Source: Pelagibacteraceae bacterium AG-426-G09 (lineage in GTDB: Bacteria > Pseudomonadota > Alphaproteobacteria > Pelagibacterales > Pelagibacteraceae). Taken from it: 64,000 bases of DNA. How positions within the stretch are numbered: position 1 is the first letter of the stretch; every line of letters begins with the position of its first letter. The position numbers and the translations under genes were made by a program. Shown here in pieces: positions 53,527 to 63,405 of the stretch. The stretch spans positions 8,351-72,350 of the forward strand of contig QCNR01000003.1 in NCBI GenBank assembly GCA_003210075.1. Reading direction: 5' to 3'. The notes below the pieces were generated by a model that saw nothing but the letters and a program-made list of their open reading frames with translations, searched no databases and was not told where the DNA came from.

Positions 53527-54960
53527 TTATCTTTCTGTTTTATATTTAATTTCTAAATTATAGCTATATTTACTCATTGCATAACAAATTATCCAGAAAA
53601 TAATTGCTGCAAAGACATAGCCCTCCATTGCAAATCCTAACCATTCTGGGTTAGTTTTAGCTAAATTCAGCATTCCAACTATTTCAAGTAATCCAACAAC
53701 AAAAATTAATGGAGTATCTTTCACTAGTGCTAGAAAAGTATTAGCAATGCCTGGGATAACAAGTTTGAGAGCTTGTGGTAAAATAACAAAAATATGCATC
53801 TTCCAATAACCCATACCTAAGGATTTTGCAGCATCATACTGGCCTCTAGGTAGAGCCTGCAGTCCTCCTCTTATAACCTCTGCAACATAAGCGGCTTCGA
53901 ATAGAGAAATTGCAATTATGCATCTAACAAGTTTATCTACATATACATCTTGAGGAAGAAACATTGGAAACATAACTGATGACATAAATAAAACTGTTAT
54001 TAATGGAACTCCTCGCCAAAATTCGATAAATCCAATACAAATATATCTTATTAGTGGAAAATCTGATCTTCTTCCTAAAGCTAAAGCCATCCCTATTGGA
54101 AAGCAGAATATCAGACAGAAAAACGAAATTATAAAAGTTAAAGATAGGCCGCCCCATGCACCAGTTTCTACCCACACAAGGCCTTCAATCATCCCTAATT
54201 CAATATATTCTTCAAAGAAAAATATATACTTGAGAAGAATATAAAATGTTATTGGTATAATTAAAAAATAGTACAATTTAAATTTATTAGGAATGAAAAA
54301 TCCTATAATTATTGAAATTGCTGCAGCGATAATTCCATATGAAAAATCAAAGAAAATTCTTCCACCTGAGATAAAAAAATAAATAAATAAAAAAGATATA
54401 AAAGGATAAATAACAACATAATATAATGTTAAGTACTTCTTATATTTTTCAGTAGCGAAGAAACCTACAAGACCTAATGCCGTTAATGAAATAAATGATA
54501 GGTTAATTCTCCATTGTTCTGCATTGGGATACATTCCATAAACAAATCTTCTCAGCCATATTTTAATATAAGTCCAGCAAGCACCAGTTCCTGTACACGC
54601 ATCTTTTGTATCACCCGCTATATTAGCATCTATTATGAACCAGCTTAAAAAAGGAGGTAAAGATTTAATTATTACAAAAATAATTAGTAAAGTTAGAACT
54701 GCATTAAAGTTATTAGTATTTATATTTTTATTTACAATATCTAGATTCTTAATACCTGAATGCTCAACTCTAATAAAATAAAAACCTACAAAACCAATAA
54801 TTAAGGGTAAAACAAAGCTTAAAAAACCAGGTAAGAAAGCAGTAATATTTATTGAAAAAAATGAATTTAAAAAAACATCTAAAATAGATATAAGAATTAA
54901 GAAAACTCCTGTGTACAGGTAATTATTGAAATTATCTTTAGTAATATTTAAAATTTTCAT
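53527..54960 (-). CDS. aapM: General L-amino acid ABC transporter permease
   Basis: [27 protein letters not shown]. Confidence 0.9.
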   Translation of the reverse strand: MKILNITKDNFNNYLYTGVFLILISILDVFLNSFFSINITAFLPGFLSFVLPLIIGFVGFYFIRVEHSGIKNLDIVNKNINTNNFNAVLTLLIIFVIIKSLPPFLSWFIIDANIAGDTKDACTGTGACWTYIKIWLRRFVYGMYPNAEQWRINLSFISLTALGLVGFFATEKYKKYLTLYYVVIYPFISFLFIYFFISGGRIFFDFSYGIIAAAISIIIGFFIPNKFKLYYFLIIPITFYILLKYIFFFEEYIELGMIEGLVWVETGAWGGLSLTFIISFFCLIFCFPIGMALALGRRSDFPLIRYICIGFIEFWRGVPLITVLFMSSVMFPMFLPQDVYVDKLVRCIIAISLFEAAYVAEVIRGGLQALPRGQYDAAKSLGMGYWKMHIFVILPQALKLVIPGIANTFLALVKDTPLIFVVGLLEIVGMLNLAKTNPEWLGFAMEGYVFAAIIFWIICYAMSKYSYNLEIKYKTER

Positions 54961-54962
54961 TT

Positions 54963-56114
54963 TTATTTCTCTTTAATAGCTATTTTTTTATTATACCAAT
55001 TCATTAATACTGAAATTGATACACTCAATGATAAATAAGTTAGCATTGTTATTGAAACAATTTCTATCGCTCTGCCTGTTTGCATTAAAGCTGTTCCTGC
55101 AAATACAAGTACTAAATCAGGATATGCTATTGCAGCTGCTAAAGATGAATTCTTTGTTAAATTTAAATATTGGTTAGTAGTTGGTGGAATAATTATTCTT
55201 AATGCTTGGGGCATAATTACAAGTTTTAAAACTTGATTAGGTGTTAATCCTATTGAAGCTGCTGCTTCTTTTTGACCTTTGCTTACACCTTGAATACCTG
55301 CCCTAACACATTCAGCAATAAATGTTGCTGTATACAATGCTAAAGCTAAAGTTAATGCAATTAATTCGGGGGGCAAACCTAAGCCTCCATTAAATCTAAA
55401 AGAAGTTTTCGCCAACTGAACTAATTCAGGAATTTCAAAATTTAATGTTACACCACCAATTAAAAAGCTTATTAAAGGTAAACCTACTATTAATCCTAGC
55501 GAAATATATAAAACTGGAATATGTTTACCCTCATTTTCTCTTAGTCTTTTCGAATATGATCTTATTACAATTATTGATATTATTGCAGCAAGTAATGAGT
55601 ATAAAAAAATGTCTAAATTATTCCAAACAAATGCTGGAATAAATAATCCTTTTATCGTTAAGAATATTACACCAAATATTGGTTCAGCATCTTCCGGTAG
55701 TGGAAGAGCTCTTAATGCAGCAAAATACCAAAAAAATATTTGTAAAAGTAATGGAATGTTTCTAAAAAATTCAACGTAATACGCAGCCGACCGATTGATT
55801 AATAAATTAGTTGATAGTCTTGCAATACCAACAACTACTCCTATTATTGTAGCAAAAATTATACCTATAACAGAAACTAAAATAGTATTAAGCAAGCCAA
55901 CTAAGTAAGCTCTAAAATATGAATGTGATCCATCATATTCTATTAAAGAAAACTGAACATCAAAAGAGGATTCTTGAGATAAAAAACCATAACCAAATGA
56001 AATACCTCTATTCTCCATATTTAGTTGAGCATTATAACTAAAGAAACCAAACACCAATGCTACAAAAGTTAGTGTTAGTAACTGAGGAATAATTTTTTTG
56101 AATTTGGCGTTCAC
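54963..56114 (-). CDS. aapQ: General L-amino acid ABC transporter permease (GTG start)
   Basis: GLLNT, FRNIPLLLQ, AECVRAGIQ, QYLNLTKNSSLA. Confidence 0.9.
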   Translation of the reverse strand: MNAKFKKIIPQLLTLTFVALVFGFFSYNAQLNMENRGISFGYGFLSQESSFDVQFSLIEYDGSHSYFRAYLVGLLNTILVSVIGIIFATIIGVVVGIARLSTNLLINRSAAYYVEFFRNIPLLLQIFFWYFAALRALPLPEDAEPIFGVIFLTIKGLFIPAFVWNNLDIFLYSLLAAIISIIVIRSYSKRLRENEGKHIPVLYISLGLIVGLPLISFLIGGVTLNFEIPELVQLAKTSFRFNGGLGLPPELIALTLALALYTATFIAECVRAGIQGVSKGQKEAAASIGLTPNQVLKLVIMPQALRIIIPPTTNQYLNLTKNSSLAAAIAYPDLVLVFAGTALMQTGRAIEIVSITMLTYLSLSVSISVLMNWYNKKIAIKEK

Positions 56115-56134
56115 AAAGGCTTTATAAATCTTTT

Positions 56135-56168
56135 AAAAAAAAAGGGCTAGAAGAATCTAGCCCTTTTT
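56135..56168 (-). terminator. Intrinsic terminator/stabilising hairpin after aapJ
   Basis: AGGGCTAGA-TTCT-TCTAGCCCT followed by a T-run on the minus strand. Confidence 0.85.
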
Positions 56169-56187
56169 AATCTATTTTTTTAAGCAA

Positions 56188-57225
56188 TTATCTTGCTGGA
56201 GGAGTATATAATAATCCACCGTTAGTCCAAATTTCATTTGGACCTCTGTCTGGCAAAATACCCGTGTCAGCAATATTTCTCTTATAGCTTTCACCGTAGT
56301 TACCAACTTGTTTGATAATTCTTAAACTCCAATCATTGTCTAGACCTAAAGCTGCGCCCATTTCACCTTCAGCACCAACTATTCTCTTAACAGCTGGGTT
56401 GTCTGAAGTTTTCAATGAATCTGCATTTCCAGAATTAATTCCGTACTCTTCAGCTTCAATCATAGTATTTAAAGACCATCTTACGATATCTTCCCATACT
56501 GCATCACCTTGTCTTACAACTGGTCCTAAAGGCTCTTTAGAAATAGTTTCAGGCAATACTATATGATCATCAGGATTAGACATTTTAGTTCTTTGAGCTG
56601 CTAAACCAGATTTGTCAGTTGTGTAAGTATCACATCTTCCAGCATCATATGCGGCTACGACCTCGTCAGCTTTTTCGAAAGCAACTGGCTCATAAGAAAT
56701 ACCTTTTGAATTAAAGAAGTCTCTCATATTTAGCTCAGTAGTAGTTCCAATGTTAGTACATGCTGAAATACCATCTTTGAAATCATTCACAGATGTCATT
56801 CCTGAATTTTTTCTAACCATGAAACCTTGACCATCGTAAAAGTTTACACCAACGAAAGTTAATCCAATGTCAGCGTCTCTTGATAAAGTCCAAGTCGTGT
56901 TTCTTGATAAAACATCGATTTCACCTGATGTTAGTGCAGTAAATCTTTCTTTAGCACTTAGGGGTGTAAACTTAACTTTATTTGCATCACCAAGTACTGC
57001 AGCAGCTACTGCTCTACAAACGTCAACGTCAACACCAGTCCAATTTCCAGATGCATCAGCATTTGAAAATCCAGGAAGACCTTGAGAAACACCACACTTA
57101 ACAAAACCTTGTTTGATCGTGTTTTTTAGAGTTTTCGATTTCTTTGCAGCAAATGATTCTGTAGCAAATCCAAAAAGAACAGCTACAACGGCTAACAAAG
57201 AAGTTATTTGTTTGATTTTAAACAT
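56188..57225 (-). CDS. aapJ: General L-amino acid ABC transporter substrate-binding protein
   Basis: CGVSQGLPGF, DVDVCRAVAAA, LSRNTTWT, ISKEPLGP, VGNYGE; Shine-Dalgarno GAGGAG. Confidence 0.93.
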   Translation of the reverse strand: MFKIKQITSLLAVVAVLFGFATESFAAKKSKTLKNTIKQGFVKCGVSQGLPGFSNADASGNWTGVDVDVCRAVAAAVLGDANKVKFTPLSAKERFTALTSGEIDVLSRNTTWTLSRDADIGLTFVGVNFYDGQGFMVRKNSGMTSVNDFKDGISACTNIGTTTELNMRDFFNSKGISYEPVAFEKADEVVAAYDAGRCDTYTTDKSGLAAQRTKMSNPDDHIVLPETISKEPLGPVVRQGDAVWEDIVRWSLNTMIEAEEYGINSGNADSLKTSDNPAVKRIVGAEGEMGAALGLDNDWSLRIIKQVGNYGESYKRNIADTGILPDRGPNEIWTNGGLLYTPPAR

Positions 57226-57245
57226 TATCTCCTCTTAATTTATAT

Positions 57246-57284
57246 TTATTTGTTAACAAATAATTCAAAATTAATTTTGAATTA
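57246..57284. repeat. Two overlapping perfect palindromes in the aapJ leader
   Basis: TTATTTGTTAACAAATAA (57246-57263) and TAATTCAAAATTAATTTTGAATTA (57261-57284). Confidence 0.6.
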
Positions 57285-57359
57285 ATTAAATTAAAACAGA
57301 AACTTAAATACTGATCAATATAAAATTAAGCAAGTAAAATAAGAAAAAGTATGACTTTA

Positions 57360-57436
57360 TGGCGCGCCCTGAAGGATTCGAACCTCCGACCCACGGTTTA
57401 GAAAACCGTTGCTCTATCCAGCTGAGCTAAGGGCGC
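57360..57436 (-). tRNA. tRNA-Arg(TCT)
   Basis: GCGCCCT acceptor, ACGGT-TT-TCT-AA-ACCGT, CCA. Confidence 0.97.
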
Positions 57437-57459
57437 AAGTTTTAGGATTATTACATCAT

Positions 57460-58863
57460 TTAATTTTTAAATACAAATTTTTTAATTAATATTAAAATAG
57501 CTATGAATTCAATTCGTCCAATTATCATAAAAGAAACTAAAGTAAATTTTACAAGGATTGATAATTCAGCAAAATTTAAATTATCTAATCCATACAAGCT
57601 TGAGTTGACAGTATTCATTAAGGTTAGGATGCTCAATTTGAAGGCTTCATCAAATTTAAAATTAAATAAAGTTAATAAACATATAAGTAATGTCAAAGAT
57701 AAAATAAATATTATAACTGTAAAAAAATATTTATTTACATCATTTAAATCTATTTTCACTTTTGAAAATAAGACCTTATTTAGAAGTATATGTTTTGGTT
57801 TTGAATGAGATAATAGTTCATTAAACGAAAATTTAGTTAAAAGAAAAATCTTCATAAACCGTAAACCCGAACTTGTTGAAACTAATGACCCTCCTATTAT
57901 AACTAAAATAAGAAATACAAAGTTACTATTATTATTAATATCTAAAGAAAAACCAATATTTGAAATACTGCTTGCTAGCGAAAATAAAGTAAGAGCAAAA
58001 TTATTATTTTGGTTAAGAAAGATAAAGAAAGCAAAAATTAAAAATATAAAATAAAAAAACAAATAGTAATCTTCAGTGAAAACAGATAGCTCTTTTTTTT
58101 TTAAAAACAAAATATTGTATGGAAGAAATATTCCAAAAAAAGATATAAGCATAGATATTGAAAAAATATAAATTTGAAAATTAGTTTGAATAATTTCACC
58201 AATATTATTTACAATTAAGAATCCTCCCGAAGAAATAACTGTCAAAGCTAAATTAAAAGCATCAAAAGACCTAAGACTTATCATTTTATAAATTAAAAAT
58301 AATAAAAGAGTTATAAATGTGTAAATTAAAAGTATTTTTATAGCTTGCTTAATAATTTCGTTTACATCTAATGAGATAAAATTTGTAAGAATTTTTTTAT
58401 AATTTTCATCATAAATATCAATTAAAAATAAGATGGATATTAGAAAATATAAACCTCCAAACCATTGAGATGTAGATCTCCATAATAATAGGCTTTGATC
58501 TAAATGTTTTACATTTTCAAAAACTGTAAATCCAGTTGATGTAAAACCAGAAATTGCTTCAAAATAACTATCAATAAAGGGTAAATATTTTAATCCAAAA
58601 AAATATGGTATAGATAATATTAAAGGTAAAACAATATATCCTAGTGCTACAGATATAATTTTTTCATAAAGAGTTATTTTTTTTAAATCATTTTTTTTTA
58701 TAAAATATAGTAAACTCAATAATAAGGAAATTATTAATGTATAAGTATAAATTTCAATATTATTAAAAATTTCAAAATAATACGAATAAATAATATTAAA
58801 AAAAGATAGCAAAGACAGAATAAAACAAAATAATCCTATATAGATAAAACTAATTTTAAACAT
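57460..58863 (-). CDS. trkH: TrkH family potassium uptake membrane protein
   Basis: FEAISGFTSTG, LLWRS..QWFGG, IGGS..STSSGLR, MIIGRIE; follows trkA. Confidence 0.88.
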   Translation of the reverse strand: MFKISFIYIGLFCFILSLLSFFNIIYSYYFEIFNNIEIYTYTLIISLLLSLLYFIKKNDLKKITLYEKIISVALGYIVLPLILSIPYFFGLKYLPFIDSYFEAISGFTSTGFTVFENVKHLDQSLLLWRSTSQWFGGLYFLISILFLIDIYDENYKKILTNFISLDVNEIIKQAIKILLIYTFITLLLFLIYKMISLRSFDAFNLALTVISSGGFLIVNNIGEIIQTNFQIYIFSISMLISFFGIFLPYNILFLKKKELSVFTEDYYLFFYFIFLIFAFFIFLNQNNNFALTLFSLASSISNIGFSLDINNNSNFVFLILVIIGGSLVSTSSGLRFMKIFLLTKFSFNELLSHSKPKHILLNKVLFSKVKIDLNDVNKYFFTVIIFILSLTLLICLLTLFNFKFDEAFKLSILTLMNTVNSSLYGLDNLNFAELSILVKFTLVSFMIIGRIEFIAILILIKKFVFKN

Positions 58864-58869
58864 TAAAAA

Positions 58870-60243
58870 TTATACCGCGCTAATTCTAAATATATTTTCA
58901 ACTAGAGGAATTTGATCTTTTTTTGCAATAAAAACTATTATATCATTTTTCTTAAATATATAATTTGATCTAGGTATAATTACTTCTTTTTCCCTTAGAA
59001 CAGCGCCTATCTTTATTTCATCAGGCAAATCTGCATTCTTAAGTTCTTTATTTACCAGATCTGATGTTTCAATAATTTCTGCTTCTATAACTTCATATTC
59101 TCCATTTAAAATTGAATAAGCAGACTCAATAGTGCCTTTATGAACATGTTTTAAAATACTTGAAACAGTATTCATTCTTGGATCAATCAAATCATCTATT
59201 TTTAAAGAAGATTGTAAAAGACTGTAATTCGGTTTTGTTGTTAAAACCATTGTTCTTTTATTTTGAGAAAATTTTTCAACTAAAACACCAACCATCAAAT
59301 TATCCTCATCATCATTTGTTAATGCAATTACTGTTTCAGTTTCATCTAGGTTTGCTTCTTTTAGAACTTCTTCATCTAAACCATCTCCATTAATTACAAT
59401 TGTATTACTTAACTCGCTAGCAAGATATTCTGCTCTCTCTTTATTTTTTTCAATTATTTTTAACCTTGTATCATTTGGTGATGACTCAATGTATTTTGCT
59501 AAATTATAACCAATATTACCCCCTCCAATTAAAAGTATTTTTTTTGAAATTGGATCATTGTGACCAAAAGCTTCTAGTGTCTCTTTAATTTGAGATGCAT
59601 TAATTGCTACATAAGCTTTATCGTTCTTTTTCATTACATCATTTTTCTTTAAAAAAATAAATTTTTCATCTCTAACAACACCTAAGATATTAGCGTTTAA
59701 TTTAGGAAATTTATTAGTCAATTCGTTTAATTTTATATTATTGATTGGACATCTCTCATCAACAAGAACTTCTAACAATCTGATATTGTTATTTGCAAAC
59801 GGGACGTTATCAGTTGCACCTGGTGACTCTAGCTTTCTATGTATCGATTTTGCTATTTCAATTTCGGGTGAAATTACAAAGTCTATTGGCAAGTTTTCTT
59901 TATTAAAAAGTTGTGAAAATTTTGGATCTAAGTACTCTTGCGCTCTTATTCTAGCAATTTTTTTTGGAATTTTAAATAATGAGTATGCTATTTGGCAAAT
60001 TAACATGTTTATCTCATCATTTCTTGTAACAGCTATTATCATATTTGCCTCTGCTATATTTGCTTTTTCCAGTATTGCAGGGGAAGTTGCTTTTCCTACT
60101 ATTGCTTTTACATCCAATGTATCGTTAATTTTTTGGATATCATCGCTGGATTGATCTATAACAGTAATAGAATGATTTTGTTCACTAAGCAATTTTGCAA
60201 TAGTAAAACCGACTCTACCAGCGCCACAAATTATTACATTCAT
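58870..60243 (-). CDS. trkA: Trk system potassium transporter TrkA
   Basis: Two RCK domains (GAGRVG, GGGNIG). Confidence 0.95.
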   Translation of the reverse strand: MNVIICGAGRVGFTIAKLLSEQNHSITVIDQSSDDIQKINDTLDVKAIVGKATSPAILEKANIAEANMIIAVTRNDEINMLICQIAYSLFKIPKKIARIRAQEYLDPKFSQLFNKENLPIDFVISPEIEIAKSIHRKLESPGATDNVPFANNNIRLLEVLVDERCPINNIKLNELTNKFPKLNANILGVVRDEKFIFLKKNDVMKKNDKAYVAINASQIKETLEAFGHNDPISKKILLIGGGNIGYNLAKYIESSPNDTRLKIIEKNKERAEYLASELSNTIVINGDGLDEEVLKEANLDETETVIALTNDDEDNLMVGVLVEKFSQNKRTMVLTTKPNYSLLQSSLKIDDLIDPRMNTVSSILKHVHKGTIESAYSILNGEYEVIEAEIIETSDLVNKELKNADLPDEIKIGAVLREKEVIIPRSNYIFKKNDIIVFIAKKDQIPLVENIFRISAV

Positions 60244-61602
60244 TTAGTTAAATTCTTTAATTCCAAGAAGTTTTAATTTTCTATGCAGTGCGGACCTCTC
60301 CATTCCAACAAATTTGGCTGTTTTTGAGATGTTACCGTTATATTTTTTAAGTTGTGATGATAAATATTCTCTTTCAAAATTTTCTCTTGCTTCCCTTAAA
60401 GATAATGAAAGATTATCAGAAATATTAAATTCATGAGAATCTGATTTAGTTAATGATTCTTTAATAATATCATTTATCTTATCCTGGTTTTGTCCTGGAG
60501 ATAAGATGATTATTCTTTCAACTAAATTTCTTAATTCTCTAACATTACCAGGCCAATCGTAACTTAATAAATAATTAAAATCTTTTATTTGAATTTTTCT
60601 TATATTATAAATTTCTGATAATTTCTCCATAAAATACCCAACAAGTATTGGAATATCATCTATTCTTTTGTTTAATGGTTCAAGTTTAATATTAAAAACA
60701 TTAAGTCTGTGAAAAAGATCTTCTCTAAAGTTTCCTATTTGTATTTCGTTAGATAAATCTTTATTAGTTGAACATATAATTCTAACGTTAACATTAATGT
60801 CATGTTTTCCATTAATTCTTCTAAATTTTTGATCTATTAGGACCCTCAAAATTTTTGACTGAGTTTCCAAAGGTATTTCTGTAACTTCATCAATCAACAA
60901 AATTCCACCTGAAGCTTTTTCTAATGCGCCGTAAATAATTGAACCATCGGCAAATTCTTCACCAAACAATTCCTTTTCATATTTTTCTGAATTTAGAAGT
61001 GCTCCATTTATTATTATAAATGGTTTATTTTTTCTATTAGATATTAAATGAATTTTCCTAGCGACAAGCTCTTTTCCACTACCTATTGGTCCCGTGATGA
61101 AAATTCTACTATCTGAAGATGCCAAATGTTTAATTTGATCTCTAATATTTATAATGTTTTTACTTTCACCAACTATATCAAATGAATTAAATAACTTTTC
61201 ATTGAGTGATTTATTTTCTTTTTTAAGATTATAATGTTCTACAGCACGATTAATAAAATTCGTTAATCTATTTTTGTCAAATGGTTTTTGAATAAACTCA
61301 AATGCTCCTAATCTTAAGGAGTCAACAGCCATTTCAATATTTGCATGTCCTGAAATTATTATTACTGGTATATCTTTATTTTTTTTTTTGATATGATCGA
61401 GCAATTTTAAACCTTCGTTATTTTCAGTATTGCTTAATTTAACATCTAGCACAGCGACATCAGGTATCTTTTTATCAATTTCAGCTAAAGCCTGTTTATA
61501 ATTTGCTGCTAATCTTGTTCTATAACCAATATCAGATATTAATTCATTTAAGATATTTCTAATATCTGGATTGTCGTCTACAATTAATATTTCATTTGCC
61601 AT
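60244..61602 (-). CDS. ntrX: NtrX response regulator (REC-AAA+-HTH)
   Basis: ILIVDD, GHANIEMAV, GPIGSGKE, WPGNVRELRN, MERSALHRKLK. Confidence 0.92.
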   Translation of the reverse strand: MANEILIVDDNPDIRNILNELISDIGYRTRLAANYKQALAEIDKKIPDVAVLDVKLSNTENNEGLKLLDHIKKKNKDIPVIIISGHANIEMAVDSLRLGAFEFIQKPFDKNRLTNFINRAVEHYNLKKENKSLNEKLFNSFDIVGESKNIINIRDQIKHLASSDSRIFITGPIGSGKELVARKIHLISNRKNKPFIIINGALLNSEKYEKELFGEEFADGSIIYGALEKASGGILLIDEVTEIPLETQSKILRVLIDQKFRRINGKHDINVNVRIICSTNKDLSNEIQIGNFREDLFHRLNVFNIKLEPLNKRIDDIPILVGYFMEKLSEIYNIRKIQIKDFNYLLSYDWPGNVRELRNLVERIIILSPGQNQDKINDIIKESLTKSDSHEFNISDNLSLSLREARENFEREYLSSQLKKYNGNISKTAKFVGMERSALHRKLKLLGIKEFN

Positions 61603-61604
61603 AA

Positions 61605-63368
61605 TTATTTAAAAAATTTTATCTCCACTTTTGCTCCTTCAATTAAATTAGTAAATGTAATTACACCATTGTGATCATTTATTATTTTACTCACAATTGA
61701 TAATCCTAAACCTGTCCCATCTGCTTTTGTTGTAAAATATGGTTTTGTTAATTCACTAGTATTTATATTTTTAAAACCTAAACCTGTATCTATAATTGTT
61801 AATGATATATAATCAATCTGATCTTTGATTTCTATATCTATATTTTTAATAAAATCAGGGTTTTTTTGACGTTTTTCTTTTAAACTTTCTATAGAGTTTT
61901 TAATTAAGTTAAAACAGACCCTGCTGATTTGTTCAAAATCAAATTTAAAATTTAGTGGTTTTTCAGAATTAAAATTAAAATTAATTGTCTTATCCAACTT
62001 TTTTAATAATTCGATGTTTAATAATATAACGTCTTTAAGGTTATTATTTTTGTATACCGGTTTAGGCATACGTGCAAAATCGGAAAATTCGTTAACTAAA
62101 TTTTCAATTTGGTTTATTTGATTGTTAATTGTTTTTAAATTTACTTCAAATTTATCTTTATTTTCTTCTTTTATATCTGTTAGATATTTTGATCTTAGAT
62201 TGTCAATTGTAAGTTGGATCGGAGTTAAAGGATTTTTAATTTCATGCGCTAATTTTCTTGCTATTGTCTCCCAAGCTTCTAACCTTTCTGAATTAAGTAA
62301 TTTTTGTTGTTGATCCTTAAGTTTAACAATCATTGAATTAAAATTTGAAATTAATTTTTCCATTTCTATATCAGTTTTTATATCTGGAACTTTTGTATTT
62401 AAATCTCCTTTTCCTATTTGCTCAGAAGCAGTTATCAAATTGTTTATAGAAACAAAAAAACGTGAAGAAAATCTAATAGCAATGGTGATAGATAAAAACA
62501 ATAATAACGTAACTAAAATTACATATATCAATGCAAAGGAAATTTTAATACCAGTGCTTTGATCTTCGACTGTATAATAAAAATTAACAGCTTCTTCAGA
62601 TTCTTGCAAATACTTTGAAATATCCTTGTCTAGATACCTGATAACATATAAATATAAATCATCATACAAAGGTAGTTTTATAATTGCTCCAGAATAGTTT
62701 TCAAAAGCATTTATTATTTTTAAAGGTCTATCATCATTAAGAACCATATTAACAGCTCTGTCATCAATTGGTATATATTCGGTTCCTTCAGCAGTCATTA
62801 TTAATTCTTTTTTGCTATTAATTAAATGTAATTGATCAAGATTTCTTAAAACCCTTTGATTGTTTAAATAACTTTGAAATAAAGATTTGTTTTCAGATAA
62901 TTTGATATTTTTGTTTAAATCAAATGCAACCAAAACAATATCTGACTCAATTTTATTTCTCTTTTCATTAACATAATCCTTAGCTAGTTCATAAGAATTG
63001 TTTACAGCTGTGGTAATTTTTTGATCAAGATATTTATCAAGAGCAAATGAAAATATAAAAAGTGAAAAAACTGAAATTAAAATTGATGGTATAAGTGTAA
63101 ATAAAGAAAAAAAAAGAATATATTTTCTATTCGCAATCGATCCTTTAACGTTAATATTTGCTTTTATAGAGCTTGAGATTTCTTTGAAAATTAATACAAA
63201 AAATAATAATAAAAAAATAATATTAGTATAGAGAAGAAAATTTAAATTCTTTTGACTTAAATTAATGAAACTTTTATCTAAAAAAGTGAAAAAAGTTATG
63301 AAACCCAACAATAATGTTGTAATAAATATAATTAATATGAATATATTTCTTTTTATGAAATCTAACAT
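61605..63368 (-). CDS. ntrY: NtrY-like sensor histidine kinase
   Basis: TM helices, periplasmic domain, HAMP, AHEIKNPLTPIQL, EFSDFARMP, GTGLGL. Confidence 0.9.
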   Translation of the reverse strand: MLDFIKRNIFILIIFITTLLLGFITFFTFLDKSFINLSQKNLNFLLYTNIIFLLLFFVLIFKEISSSIKANINVKGSIANRKYILFFSLFTLIPSILISVFSLFIFSFALDKYLDQKITTAVNNSYELAKDYVNEKRNKIESDIVLVAFDLNKNIKLSENKSLFQSYLNNQRVLRNLDQLHLINSKKELIMTAEGTEYIPIDDRAVNMVLNDDRPLKIINAFENYSGAIIKLPLYDDLYLYVIRYLDKDISKYLQESEEAVNFYYTVEDQSTGIKISFALIYVILVTLLLFLSITIAIRFSSRFFVSINNLITASEQIGKGDLNTKVPDIKTDIEMEKLISNFNSMIVKLKDQQQKLLNSERLEAWETIARKLAHEIKNPLTPIQLTIDNLRSKYLTDIKEENKDKFEVNLKTINNQINQIENLVNEFSDFARMPKPVYKNNNLKDVILLNIELLKKLDKTINFNFNSEKPLNFKFDFEQISRVCFNLIKNSIESLKEKRQKNPDFIKNIDIEIKDQIDYISLTIIDTGLGFKNINTSELTKPYFTTKADGTGLGLSIVSKIINDHNGVITFTNLIEGAKVEIKFFK

Positions 63369-63405
63369 AATTTTAAAATATAGTAATTTTACCTAAAATA
63401 AACAT

